Source: an uncultured bacterium (lineage in GTDB: Bacteria; Patescibacteriota; Gracilibacteria; UBA1369; PNNO01). From it: 32,000 nucleotides of DNA. How positions within the stretch are numbered: the stretch's first letter is position 1; each line of letters starts with the position of its first letter. A program made the position numbers and the translations under genes. Of this stretch, positions 1 to 7,886 are shown piece after piece. The DNA lies in assembly GCA_963704705.1 (NCBI GenBank), contig OY969931.1, positions 300,001 to 332,000 on the forward strand, given 5' to 3'. The notes beneath the pieces were generated by a model. The model worked only from the letters and a program-made list of their open reading frames with translations. It did no database searches and was not told the DNA's origin.

Positions 1-24
1 TAAAGCCTTTAATGTATTATGGAA

Positions 25-73
25 ATCACTGAGTGATCTTGGATCACTTAGTAATTCAGGATTACCGAGTAAT
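25..73. promoter_or_regulatory. Triple 13-bp palindrome array (ATYAC-N3-GTRAT, 18-bp register) immediately upstream of recF
   Basis: ATCACTGAGTGAT 25-37, ATCACTTAGTAAT 43-55 and ATTACCGAGTAAT 61-73 are each separated by exactly 5 nt. The array ends 6 nt before the recF ATG. A second array of the same design lies at 25517-25565 (27/31 identity over the two-palindrome core). Function (operator versus intergenic repeat element) is not established. Confidence 0.55.
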
Positions 74-79
74 TTAAGT

Positions 80-1165
80 ATGAAAATTAAATCCATAAAA
101 CTCGAAAATTTCAGAAACTATGAAAAGCTTGAACTTGAGCTTAATACCGATAAAAACGTTAATCTTTTCATTGGTGATAATGCTCAGGGTAAAACCAATT
201 TTCTGGAAGCAATAACGGTATTATCACTTGCTAAATCATTCAGGGCAAGCAAACACGAGGCAATGATTAAATGGGGAACTGATTATGCAAGAATTGTTGG
301 GAATTTTGATAACACTGAACTTGAATTTTTTGTGAGCAAACAGCCGAAACAATTGAAAAATCTCAAAAAAAATGGAGTTAATGTCGCTGTTAAAGATTTT
401 ATAGGGCAATTAAATATTGTTTTGTTTCATCCTGAAGATTTAAACATGCTTTATCTTTCACCGAGTCTTAGACGTCAATATATAAATACTGTTTTGTCGC
501 AGGTCGATCCCCTTTATTTTGATTCTCTCGTTCAATATAACCGATTATTAAAACAAAGGAATAAAGCGTTATTTTTAATCACAATTGGCAAAGCAAAACA
601 TACTGAACTTGATGCCTGGGATGAAAAATTGGCTGAATACGGCTCATATATTTATAAAAAAAGAATTGAATTTGTAGAATATTTTAATAAACCGTGCGCG
701 GATAATTATCATAAAATCTCTGATACAAAAGAAAAGATTAATCTTTCTTATACTTGTTCATTCAAAGCTCCGCATACTGAAAAGGACGATTATATGGATG
801 CACTTGAAGAAAATCGTGAGTCAGATATTACATATCAACAAACTAGAAAAGGCATTCATCGTGATGATATTGAGTTCTTTTTTAATGATAAAAATGTTAA
901 TGACTTTGCTTCCCGTGGTGAAATGAGGACTTTGCTTATTGCATTAAAGTTAACTGAAATGGCTTTTATTGAAGATCAAACCGGAAATAAGCCAATATTG
1001 CTGCTTGATGATGTCTTCTCGGAATTGGATAAAAAACGACAGAATTTTTTAATTGAGGCTGTTTCAACACATCAATCATTTATTACTGCAACCCATCACG
1101 AATTATCGTTTAAAATATCGGATATTTTTAATGTCAAAGCTTCCGAAATTCATAAGATCCAATAA
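80..1165 (+). CDS. recF: DNA replication and repair protein RecF
   Basis: 361-aa ORF. The N-terminus MKIKSIKLENFRNYE and Walker A FIGDNAQGKTNFLEAI are typical of RecF, as is the C-terminal LLLDDVFSELD Walker B/signature region. ATG start, TAA stop. Confidence 0.95.
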   Translation: MKIKSIKLENFRNYEKLELELNTDKNVNLFIGDNAQGKTNFLEAITVLSLAKSFRASKHEAMIKWGTDYARIVGNFDNTELEFFVSKQPKQLKNLKKNGVNVAVKDFIGQLNIVLFHPEDLNMLYLSPSLRRQYINTVLSQVDPLYFDSLVQYNRLLKQRNKALFLITIGKAKHTELDAWDEKLAEYGSYIYKKRIEFVEYFNKPCADNYHKISDTKEKINLSYTCSFKAPHTEKDDYMDALEENRESDITYQQTRKGIHRDDIEFFFNDKNVNDFASRGEMRTLLIALKLTEMAFIEDQTGNKPILLLDDVFSELDKKRQNFLIEAVSTHQSFITATHHELSFKISDIFNVKASEIHKIQ

Positions 1166-1185
1166 GGTTTATTGATTACTGCTGT

Positions 1186-1214
1186 TTGCGAAAACCTTTA
1201 TTTTATGCTATAAT
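1186..1214 (+). promoter_or_regulatory. Sigma70-like promoter for the PrsW-like gene
   Basis: -35 TTGCGA (1186-1191), 17-nt spacer, extended -10 TGcTATAAT (1206-1214), about 43 nt upstream of the ATG at 1257. Sequence pattern only. Confidence 0.45.
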
Positions 1215-1256
1215 TTAGAAAATACATATAAATATAAAAAATTGGAAGTTTATAAT

Positions 1257-2108
1257 ATGTCAAAAATCGGGATACTTGCAGTTTCTATTTTATTGGCATT
1301 TGTACCAATAATAATGTGGGGATGGCACTTTTTGAAAAAACATTCCGAAGTACGCAGAATGGTGATTTTGACTTTCATTGCGGGTGCTTTGTCTGTTACT
1401 CCGCTATTATTATATAAATTTTTGTGGAATTTCTTTCCATGGATTAATGCCTTTATTTGGACCAGAAATTTAAATGTGGATATTATTGGTTTATCTTCTG
1501 TCATGATTGTTCCTTTATCTGTTTTGGTAACTTTTTTATTGGTTGGTGTAATTGAAGAAGTTTCCAAGATTTCAGCAGTTAAATTCATGGATAAAGATAA
1601 ATTCAGAAATGTTGATGATGCTATTGAATTCGCGATTATAGCCGGACTTGGCTTTGCTTTCATTGAAAATGCGATTTATTTTTACAATATAATAATGAGC
1701 AGAGGTTTTGATGATTTTGTTTTCCCATTTGTGTTCAGATCTCTTTTTTCAACATTTGCTCATGTAATGTTTAGTGGAATTTTTGGATATTTTTATGGAG
1801 TTGCTCATTTTGCAGATCCGATACTTAAAAAAGAACTGCGTGAAAAACGGCATCCAATATTGCAATTTCTGCATAAATATATGCATATAAAACGCAGAGT
1901 CATGTTTCATGACGAAATGATCCTTGAAGGATTAATTGTCGCTGCAACTCTGCATGGATTTTTTAATATCATCCTTGAAATGGAATGGATATTTGCGATA
2001 GTGCCGTTCCTGTTCGGTGGTTACCTTACTTTGAGTTACTTATTGGAAAAGAAAGAGAATCTTATTAATTTAAAGAGGTTACTTCCTGTTCGAACTAGCG
2101 GCGATTAA
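1257..2108 (+). CDS. PrsW-family intramembrane protease (polytopic membrane protein)
   Basis: Multiple hydrophobic helices plus the motif series IEEVSK, GFAFIENAIYF, FAHVMFSGIFGY and LHGFFN, matching the PrsW pattern EExxK / FxxxE / HxxxxxxG / HxxxN. The ORF track starts at a TTG (1242); the ATG at 1257 (MSKIGILAV...) is the more likely start. Confidence 0.75.
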   Translation: MSKIGILAVSILLAFVPIIMWGWHFLKKHSEVRRMVILTFIAGALSVTPLLLYKFLWNFFPWINAFIWTRNLNVDIIGLSSVMIVPLSVLVTFLLVGVIEEVSKISAVKFMDKDKFRNVDDAIEFAIIAGLGFAFIENAIYFYNIIMSRGFDDFVFPFVFRSLFSTFAHVMFSGIFGYFYGVAHFADPILKKELREKRHPILQFLHKYMHIKRRVMFHDEMILEGLIVAATLHGFFNIILEMEWIFAIVPFLFGGYLTLSYLLEKKENLINLKRLLPVRTSGD

Positions 2109-2777
2109 TTTTAAAGCCATTTGGGGTTTATTGGTTATTACCCCGTAAATATTTTTATTTTTGATATATTTTATTATTTTTTCCGGATCATCAATTGTCC
2201 ATGTGAAAACCTTGATTTTGAGCATACTGGCGATTTTTGCGATTCCGAATTTAATGTAATTAAAATTAAGCATTAAGTATTTGGCTTTGCATTTGCGCAT
2301 TCTGAAGAAAAGCATAAGGTCTTTTAATATATTAAAGAATCCTCTTTTACCTATAATAAGCCCTGTTTTCATTTCAGGCGCCAATTTGTGGATTTTATAT
2401 AAAACATCATCCAAAAAAGAGACAATAATCACATTATCATTAAAATTTTCTTTTAATATATGAATTGCTTCTTTTTCGTAGCCCTTAGCCTTTATTTCAC
2501 AAAGCAGTTTGATTTTACCTTTTGTTAATTTAAGTGTGTCTTTGAATAAAGGTACCTCAATTCCGCTTAAATTGAGCAATTCTTTATATGTAATATCTTC
2601 AATCTTTTGTTTTTGGATATCAGGATCATGAAAACAAACTATCTGTTTGTCTTTAGTTTCTCGAATATCTAATTCAAAAAATGGACACTTAAGTTCGATG
2701 GCTTTGCCATAAGCTTTTAAAGTGTTTTCGTGGAAAAATTCTTTTCCGCCTCTATGTGCAACTATAATATTTGCCAT
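2079..2777 (-). CDS. Glycerophosphodiester phosphodiesterase (GDPD family)
   Basis: 232 aa. IVAHRGG...HENTLKAYGKAIE...FELDIRETKDKQIVCFHDPD matches the GDPD catalytic HR(G)...E.T...ELD...HD motif series. The 3' end overlaps the convergent PrsW-like gene by 30 nt. Confidence 0.9.
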   Translation of the reverse strand: MANIIVAHRGGKEFFHENTLKAYGKAIELKCPFFELDIRETKDKQIVCFHDPDIQKQKIEDITYKELLNLSGIEVPLFKDTLKLTKGKIKLLCEIKAKGYEKEAIHILKENFNDNVIIVSFLDDVLYKIHKLAPEMKTGLIIGKRGFFNILKDLMLFFRMRKCKAKYLMLNFNYIKFGIAKIASMLKIKVFTWTIDDPEKIIKYIKNKNIYGVITNKPQMALKLIAASSNRK

Positions 2778-2831
2778 ACTTTACTGATTTTAGCTTAAAA
2801 ATACTTGATTTACCAAGATATTTGTGATATT

Positions 2832-2860
2832 TTGACAACTGCACTTTTTTCCAGTGTAAT
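2832..2860 (+). promoter_or_regulatory. Sigma70-like promoter for uvrA
   Basis: Perfect -35 TTGACA (2832-2837), 17-nt spacer, -10 TGTAAT (2855-2860). It lies 16 nt before the ATG at 2877, implying a very short leader, and it supports the 2877 start rather than the TTG at 2805. The -10 is embedded in the palindrome TGTAA-ttaat-TTACA (2855-2869). Confidence 0.45.
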
Positions 2861-2876
2861 TAATTTACAAAGTTTT

Positions 2877-5762
2877 ATGGGATCCGGCAATATTGTTATT
2901 AAAGGCGCAAGAATCCACAATTTAAAAAATATCGATGTAGAGATACCTCGTGACAAACTTGTGGTTGTAACAGGTTTAAGTGGATCAGGCAAGTCATCTT
3001 TGGCTTTTGACACTATTTATGCTGAAGGTCAAAGAAGATATGTTGAAAGCTTATCTACTTATGCCAGACAATTTTTGCAATTAATGGAAAAACCTGATGT
3101 TGATTCAATTGACGGGCTTTCTCCTGCGATTTCTATTGATCAAAAGACAGCGCCCCGAAATCCGCGTTCAACTGTTGGAACAGTAACTGAAATTTTTGAT
3201 TTTTTAAGATTATTATTTGCAAAAGTTGGAACCCCACATTGTCCTAACTGCGGCGATAAAATCAATAGACAGTCGACATCTCAAATTGTCGAAACAATCG
3301 CTAAAATGCCTAAAGATAAACGAATTTTACTGCTTTCTCCTGTAGTCAGAGACAAAAAAGGGCGTCATCAAAAGGTATTTGAGCAAATTAAAAAAGATGG
3401 ATTTGTACGTGTGCGTGTTGATGGGGAAGTAATGAGTGTTTTGAATATCCCTGAACTTGATGAAAATATTAAACATTCAATTGAAATAGTGGTTGATCGT
3501 CTTGTTGTTAAAGATTTTGAGACAAAATATAAAAAATTATCATCAGGACAGAAAATTGAGCTTCCAAATCCTGACAGATCGCGTTTGGCTGATTCGATCG
3601 AGGTCGCCATTAAGGCCGGAAATGGCTTAATGATGGTGGTGGATCATGATTCAGGGAAAATTGATACATATTCTGAATTATTTGCCTGCACAAAATGTAA
3701 TATTAATATTCCTGAGATTTCTCCGCGAACATTCAGTTTTAACAGTCCGCATGGTGCCTGTGAAACTTGTCATGGACTTGGTACAAAGCTTGAAATTGAT
3801 CCTGAACTTGTTTTACCTAATAAAAGTTTAACTTTAGCTGAAGGTGCTATTAATCCATGGAGCGCTACAACATCACATTTAACCTGGTATAACAGAATAC
3901 TTGAGGCAGTTGCTAAAGCCTACAAATTCAGTATGGATGTTCCTGTGGGAGAATTAACCGAAGAGCAGATTGAATTAGTTTTATTTGGAACAGGTGACAG
4001 AAAATATAAGGTTCAAATAGACAGACATGACGAAGGGGCATTTTCAGGTGAATATAACACTACTTTTGAGGGTGTAATCCCGAATCTGGAGAGAAGATAT
4101 CGCGAAACAGACTCGGATTACATTAGAAAAAAGATAGAACACTATATGAGAATTTTAAAATGTCCGGATTGTAAAGGAAATCGGCTTAGACCAGAAGCTT
4201 TATCTGTTTTGATAGGAGAAAAATCAATTATTGAAGTAACAAAACTTTCAGTAAAAGAAGCTCTAAACTTTTTTCAAAATCTGAAATTAACTGAGATGGA
4301 ACAGGAAATCGCCAGACAAATTCTTAAAGAAATTATGAACAGAATTAGCTTTTTGGAAAATGTGGGTTTAAGCTATTTAACCTTAAACAGATCAGCAAAT
4401 ACGCTTTCAGGAGGTGAAGCTCAGAGAATCAGATTAGCAACTCAAATAGGATCGCGCCTCTCAGGCGTTTTATATGTTTTGGATGAACCAAGTATCGGAT
4501 TGCATCAAAACGACAACGATAAGCTAATTAAAACACTCATTTCTCTTCGCGATCTTGGAAATACCGTAATTGTGGTTGAACACGACATAGATACAATGCT
4601 CCATGCGGACTATTTGCTTGATATCGGACCTGGCGCAGGCAAAGAAGGCGGAGAAGTTGTTTCTCAGGGAACACCCGAAGAGGTAATGAAAGACCCTAAT
4701 TCTGTTACCGGCCAGTATTTATCAGGAAAAAAAGAAATTCCGGTTCCGAAAAAAAGACGTAAAGGAAACGGGAAAAAGCTTATAATAAAAGGCGCAAAAC
4801 AGCATAATCTTGATAATTTGGATGTTGAATTGCCTCTTGGTATGTTTATTGGAATTACAGGAGTTTCAGGATCTGGAAAATCTACTTTGATAAACGATAT
4901 TTTGGTAAAAGAAATGTCCAGGGTGATTTATGGTTCAAAACCATTACCAGGAAAGCACAATTCAATCGAGAATATTAAAGAAATCGACAAAATTATTAAT
5001 ATCGATCAATCACCGATTGGCCGAACACCGCGTTCAAATCCCGCAACTTACACAGGTGTTTTCACTGATATTCGTGATTTGTTTGCGCAAACTCCAGAAG
5101 CTAGAATGCGCGGTTATAAAGCAGGCCGATTCAGCTTTAATGTTAAAGGCGGCAGATGTGAAGCATGTGCCGGAGACGGAATGAAAAAGATAGAAATGCA
5201 CTTTTTGCCTGATTTATATGTAACTTGCGATGTTTGTAAGGGAAAAAGATACAATAATGAAGCTTTGGAAGTTAAATATCGAAGTAAAAACATTTCAGAA
5301 ATTTTAGATATGACAGTAAGCGAAGCTTTAGAGTTTTTTCAATCTATTCCTTCAATTAAAACCAAGCTTAAAACTTTAAAAGAAGTTGGACTTGGCTATA
5401 TTCACTTGGGTCAGCCGGCAACTACACTTTCGGGTGGTGAAGCTCAGCGTATAAAATTGGCTTCAGAGCTTTGCAAACGTTCAACTGGCAAAACTTTTTA
5501 TGTTTTGGACGAGCCAACAACTGGTTTGCACTTTGATGATGTGAAAAAGCTTCTCGACGTACTGCAACGGCTTGTAGAAAAGGGAAATACGGTTTTAACA
5601 ATCGAGCATAACCTTGACGTTATTAAATCTGTAGATCATGTGATTGATTTGGGGCCGGAAGGTGGTGATGAAGGCGGCAAAATCATTGCAACAGGTACAC
5701 CTGAAGAAGTCGCTAAGGTTAAAGGTTCATATACAGGGCAGTGGCTTAAGAAGTATTTATAA
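2877..5762 (+). CDS. uvrA: Excinuclease ABC subunit A (UvrA)
   Basis: Two ABC ATPase modules: [28 protein letters not shown] and [15 protein letters not shown] Walker A motifs, two LSGGEAQRI signatures, and zinc-finger CxxC pairs (CPNCG, CTKCN..CETCHG, CPDCKG, CEAC..CDVCKG). The ORF track extends to a TTG at 2805; the ATG at 2877 ([18 protein letters not shown]) matches canonical UvrA N-termini. Confidence 0.97.
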   Translation: MGSGNIVIKGARIHNLKNIDVEIPRDKLVVVTGLSGSGKSSLAFDTIYAEGQRRYVESLSTYARQFLQLMEKPDVDSIDGLSPAISIDQKTAPRNPRSTVGTVTEIFDFLRLLFAKVGTPHCPNCGDKINRQSTSQIVETIAKMPKDKRILLLSPVVRDKKGRHQKVFEQIKKDGFVRVRVDGEVMSVLNIPELDENIKHSIEIVVDRLVVKDFETKYKKLSSGQKIELPNPDRSRLADSIEVAIKAGNGLMMVVDHDSGKIDTYSELFACTKCNINIPEISPRTFSFNSPHGACETCHGLGTKLEIDPELVLPNKSLTLAEGAINPWSATTSHLTWYNRILEAVAKAYKFSMDVPVGELTEEQIELVLFGTGDRKYKVQIDRHDEGAFSGEYNTTFEGVIPNLERRYRETDSDYIRKKIEHYMRILKCPDCKGNRLRPEALSVLIGEKSIIEVTKLSVKEALNFFQNLKLTEMEQEIARQILKEIMNRISFLENVGLSYLTLNRSANTLSGGEAQRIRLATQIGSRLSGVLYVLDEPSIGLHQNDNDKLIKTLISLRDLGNTVIVVEHDIDTMLHADYLLDIGPGAGKEGGEVVSQGTPEEVMKDPNSVTGQYLSGKKEIPVPKKRRKGNGKKLIIKGAKQHNLDNLDVELPLGMFIGITGVSGSGKSTLINDILVKEMSRVIYGSKPLPGKHNSIENIKEIDKIINIDQSPIGRTPRSNPATYTGVFTDIRDLFAQTPEARMRGYKAGRFSFNVKGGRCEACAGDGMKKIEMHFLPDLYVTCDVCKGKRYNNEALEVKYRSKNISEILDMTVSEALEFFQSIPSIKTKLKTLKEVGLGYIHLGQPATTLSGGEAQRIKLASELCKRSTGKTFYVLDEPTTGLHFDDVKKLLDVLQRLVEKGNTVLTIEHNLDVIKSVDHVIDLGPEGGDEGGKIIATGTPEEVAKVKGSYTGQWLKKYL

Positions 5763-5923
5763 ATTTGTTATTATAATCGAAACCGCTCCACCTAAGGTAA
5801 TTGTTTTTGAATTTATAAGTATGGAATATTTTGACATCCATCAAATCATATAGTCTGGTAGGATTACTATCCCCGGGGATGAGATTCTGGCGAAAAATTT
5901 AGACAAATCGCTGTCAAGTATCG

Positions 5924-5955
5924 AAGCCTTTGTTTCTTCTTTAAAGGCTTATTTA
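5924..5955 (+). terminator. Weak hairpin terminator candidate about 160 nt downstream of uvrA
   Basis: AAGCCTTT (5924-5931) pairs with AAAGGCTT (5943-5950) around an 11-nt loop, followed by an A/T-rich tail (atttaa). The stem is AT-rich and the T-run poor, hence the low confidence. Confidence 0.3.
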
Positions 5956-6240
5956 ATAATAGATGGTCATTTTATCAATAAAATGTCTAATTTTGCTTAA
6001 ATCGCATAAAATTGCGCGAGATTGTGTAAAATTTAATAAAGTTTAATCAAATTGTGTGAAATTAAATTAAACTTGTCAAAATTGTTGAAATATTATTAAA
6101 GTTGTGTTATATATAATAACGCTATTTGAAATTTAGGCAGATTTAATTAGATAGTCTGAAACTTGCTAAAGTTGCGTGAAAATGATAAAATTTTAATAAG
6201 GTTTAATAACCTTTATCAAAATTATATAAAATAAAATAAG
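5951..6240. repeat. 10-bp-phased A/T-tract repeat region with a 30-bp super-period (about 29 consecutive decamers, no indel)
   Basis: Decamers in register: atttaataat, ..., attgcgcgag, attgtgtaaa, atttaataaa, gtttaatcaa, attgtgtgaa, attaaattaa, acttgtcaaa, attgttgaaa, tattattaaa, gttgtgttat, ..., acttgctaaa, gttgcgtgaa, aatgataaaa, ttttaataag, gtttaataac, ctttatcaaa, attatataaa. Most start RTT and end AA(A). TTGYGYRAA-type decamers recur at 6012, 6022, 6052, 6082, 6102 and 6172. The region ends at the GTG start of the HTH gene. Confidence 0.7.
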
Positions 6241-6533
6241 TGGTATCTGAAAAGTTATTAACTACGGAGCAAGTTGCAGGAATATTGCAAGTTCACCCAT
6301 TCACTGTCCTGAAGTATATTAAGACAGGAAAAATTAAAGCGATTAAGCTTGGACGTGTATGGCGAATTAGAGAAAGTGATGTTGAGGGGTTCCTCGAAGA
6401 AAGATCCATGGCTTCTAAAGAACCGAAAGATACACCAACCATATCTCAGAAAACATCAACCGAAATAAAAGAAATTGATTTAGACGAAAACCTTCTGCCA
6501 AACGATAAAAGCGACCATTATATTCTTGAATAG
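6240..6533 (+). CDS. Excisionase/MerR-type helix-turn-helix DNA-binding protein
   Basis: 97 aa with a GTG start. LLTTEQVAGILQVHPFTVLKYIKTGKIKAIKLGRVWRIRESDVEGFLEE matches the excisionase-family HTH pattern (L.t.eeaA..L.vs..tv.r....G.ip..k.G..wri....l..wl). The C-terminal half is acidic and low-complexity. Confidence 0.75.
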   Translation: MVSEKLLTTEQVAGILQVHPFTVLKYIKTGKIKAIKLGRVWRIRESDVEGFLEERSMASKEPKDTPTISQKTSTEIKEIDLDENLLPNDKSDHYILE

Positions 6534-6546
6534 AATAACGCTTACT

Positions 6547-6717
6547 ATGATCTTTAATTGTATTAGTTGCGGTAAGGCCGTTTCGAGCCTTCGTGATGTT
6601 TGCCCTTACTGTAAATCAGACATTACAGAAATAAACGAAAAATTAAACCAGCCTCAAAAAGACGATTTCTTTAAAAGTAAAATTAAAGGAACGATACTAG
6701 CGCTGGTGCAACGTTAA
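6547..6717 (+). CDS. Small zinc-ribbon protein (CxxC-N10-CxxC)
   Basis: MIFNCISCGKAVSSLRDVCPYCKSD... has two CxxC pairs at the N-terminus. The ORF track begins at a TTG (6526) overlapping the HTH gene; the ATG at 6547 is more likely. It is a short ORF with no recognisable family. Confidence 0.45.
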   Translation: MIFNCISCGKAVSSLRDVCPYCKSDITEINEKLNQPQKDDFFKSKIKGTILALVQR

Positions 6718-6765
6718 CTTAAAAATTCGATCTCCTTTTAAATACAAGCCCTAGAAAAGCCTTAG

Positions 6766-6802
6766 CAAAAAACTCCCTTATAATTTCCCCGGGAGTCTTT
6801 TG
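6766..6802 (-). terminator. Rho-independent terminator between convergent genes (stronger on minus, potentially bidirectional)
   Basis: ACTCCC (6772-6777) pairs with GGGAGT (6791-6796). On the minus strand the hairpin is followed by a T6 run (the complement of the A-run 6767-6772); on the plus strand it is followed by CTTTT (6797-6801). It sits about 50 nt after the stop of the last gene of the giant-protein operon. Confidence 0.5.
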
Positions 6803-6847
6803 CATAAAGCCGGCTAAAGCTTTAGTATGTTAATCTATCGAATTTCG

Positions 6848-7879
6848 TTATTGGCATTGGCGTTCACTGGATTTTTTAGTGCATGTTTTTAGTTTTGATA
6901 AAGGTTCGAATGTAGCATTTACTATATCGATAATTTCCTGAATTTTTTTGTCATATTCAGATGCCACAGTATCATTGCCTTTTTTATATTTGGCTTCGTA
7001 TTCGGCACGAACAGAGGCTGAATCTATTTTTCTGACATACTCTTCAGAGGTATCAACAATTTTTGATTGAATATCTACAATCGTAGGTTCACCAGAACCT
7101 GATTTTTCACCTTCTTTATATAACTCATTTACTATCTGATCAGGGGTTTTGATAGAAGGAATGTTATTTAAACGCATATTTTCAATTCCTTTAACAAAGC
7201 CCTCCATTGCTTTACTTGGAGTTGAAATAGCTTTGCCCCAGTTATCTTTAACTGATTTAGCCTGATCTCCCAGAGATTTGATGTTTTTTACAAAACTGTC
7301 CCATTTTTTCTTTAGTTCTTCAAAATCCGCATCTTTGCATTGACCATATCTGGCTCCGATTTTATCTTTGTATTTTGCTTTGAATTTATCGAATAAAGTT
7401 TTTAATTCCTCATCAGTGAAATCAGTATTATCTAAAACAAATGCCGATCTCATCATGCTATATACTTTTTCATCCGGAATTGTCTGAATTTCACTAACCG
7501 GAATATCAATAAAGTTTCTGACATAGAATAGCTCAGCCTTTGTTTCATTATATTTTACTTCCAGTGTTACTCCCTGCTCTGCATTACACTTTAAGAATGC
7601 GTCTTTTATTTGTTTGCTGATTGCATCAAGCTGTTTGATTAATTGGCTAATATCATTGTAATGACAGATATTCTTGCTGTATCTGTCGAATAAATCCTTC
7701 CAATACTCTGAAAAATCATTATACGAAAGCTGGGAGGTAACAAAGTTCTGCCAATTATCAAAACAGGTTTGATTTACTTCAAGGTTTTCCAGGTTATCGC
7801 CGTAGGCAGGGGAGATTGTTAGCCCAATTAAGGCTAATGCAAGTATTGATGTCCAAATTTTAGTGAATAGATTTTTCAT
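6848..7879 (-). CDS. Secreted hypothetical protein, helical, C-terminal ...ERQCQ (cassette gene 4)
   Basis: 343 aa with a Sec-type signal peptide MKNLFTKIWTSILALALIGLTISPAYG|D. The sequence is K/E/D-rich and heptad-like, with several Cys including the penultimate residue. Its start lies 7 nt after the stop of the upstream gene. Confidence 0.75.
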   Translation of the reverse strand: MKNLFTKIWTSILALALIGLTISPAYGDNLENLEVNQTCFDNWQNFVTSQLSYNDFSEYWKDLFDRYSKNICHYNDISQLIKQLDAISKQIKDAFLKCNAEQGVTLEVKYNETKAELFYVRNFIDIPVSEIQTIPDEKVYSMMRSAFVLDNTDFTDEELKTLFDKFKAKYKDKIGARYGQCKDADFEELKKKWDSFVKNIKSLGDQAKSVKDNWGKAISTPSKAMEGFVKGIENMRLNNIPSIKTPDQIVNELYKEGEKSGSGEPTIVDIQSKIVDTSEEYVRKIDSASVRAEYEAKYKKGNDTVASEYDKKIQEIIDIVNATFEPLSKLKTCTKKSSERQCQ

Positions 7880-7886
7880 AAATATG

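Noticed and set aside
1250-1663. 137-aa minus-strand ORF inside the PrsW-like gene, and the 60-aa plus-strand ORF 2281-2463 inside the GDPD gene
   Set aside because: They are antisense to ORFs with clear family motifs. They have no recognisable features and are typical shadow ORFs.
2805-2876. The TTG-initiated 24-codon N-terminal extension of uvrA given by the ORF track; likewise the TTG at 1242 for the PrsW-like gene, the TTG at 6526 for the zinc-ribbon ORF, the ATG at 26185 for the pilin and the TTG at 31806 for rplJ
   Set aside because: The downstream ATGs give canonical N-termini: Uvr[17 protein letters not shown] and prepilin leader MKRKG|F. A near-consensus promoter lies inside the uvrA extension. 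For rplJ the frame stays open upstream and encodes the conserved L10 N-terminal half, so the TTG is internal.
5644-5853. 69-aa ORF overlapping the uvrA 3' end and running into the spacer; also the 12-bp perfect GC-rich palindrome ATCCCCGGGGAT at 5869-5880 (CCCCGGG recurs at 6787-6793)
   Set aside because: The ORF is out of frame with the uvrA C-terminus and featureless. The palindrome has no loop, so it could form only a cruciform or serve as a restriction-type site. Two occurrences are too few to interpret, and I could not build a convincing sRNA or riboswitch fold around it.
5991-6240. Possible oriC: reverse complements of the TTGTGTAAA-type decamers resemble DnaA boxes (TTTTACACA fits TTWTNCACA, others match 7-8 of 9), and recF, which is usually near dnaA-dnaN, is in the window
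   Set aside because: Only one element fits the relaxed consensus fully. Genes flanking about 6.75 kb converge (plus on the left, minus on the right), the opposite of the divergent arrangement expected at an origin. recF on the plus strand suggests the dnaA-side origin lies upstream of the window. I keep this only as an alternative, to be tested by GC-skew analysis on the whole contig.
5991-6240. The 30-bp periodic repeats as a degenerate CRISPR array
   Set aside because: The units are contiguous, with no repeat-spacer alternation. They are A/T-rich and highly degenerate, lack a palindromic repeat core, and have no cas genes nearby.
6240-6717. The excisionase-family HTH gene as a marker of an integrated mobile element or prophage remnant
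   Set aside because: No integrase, recombinase, transposase, att-like flanking direct repeats or phage structural genes occur in the window. This HTH type is also common as a stand-alone regulator.
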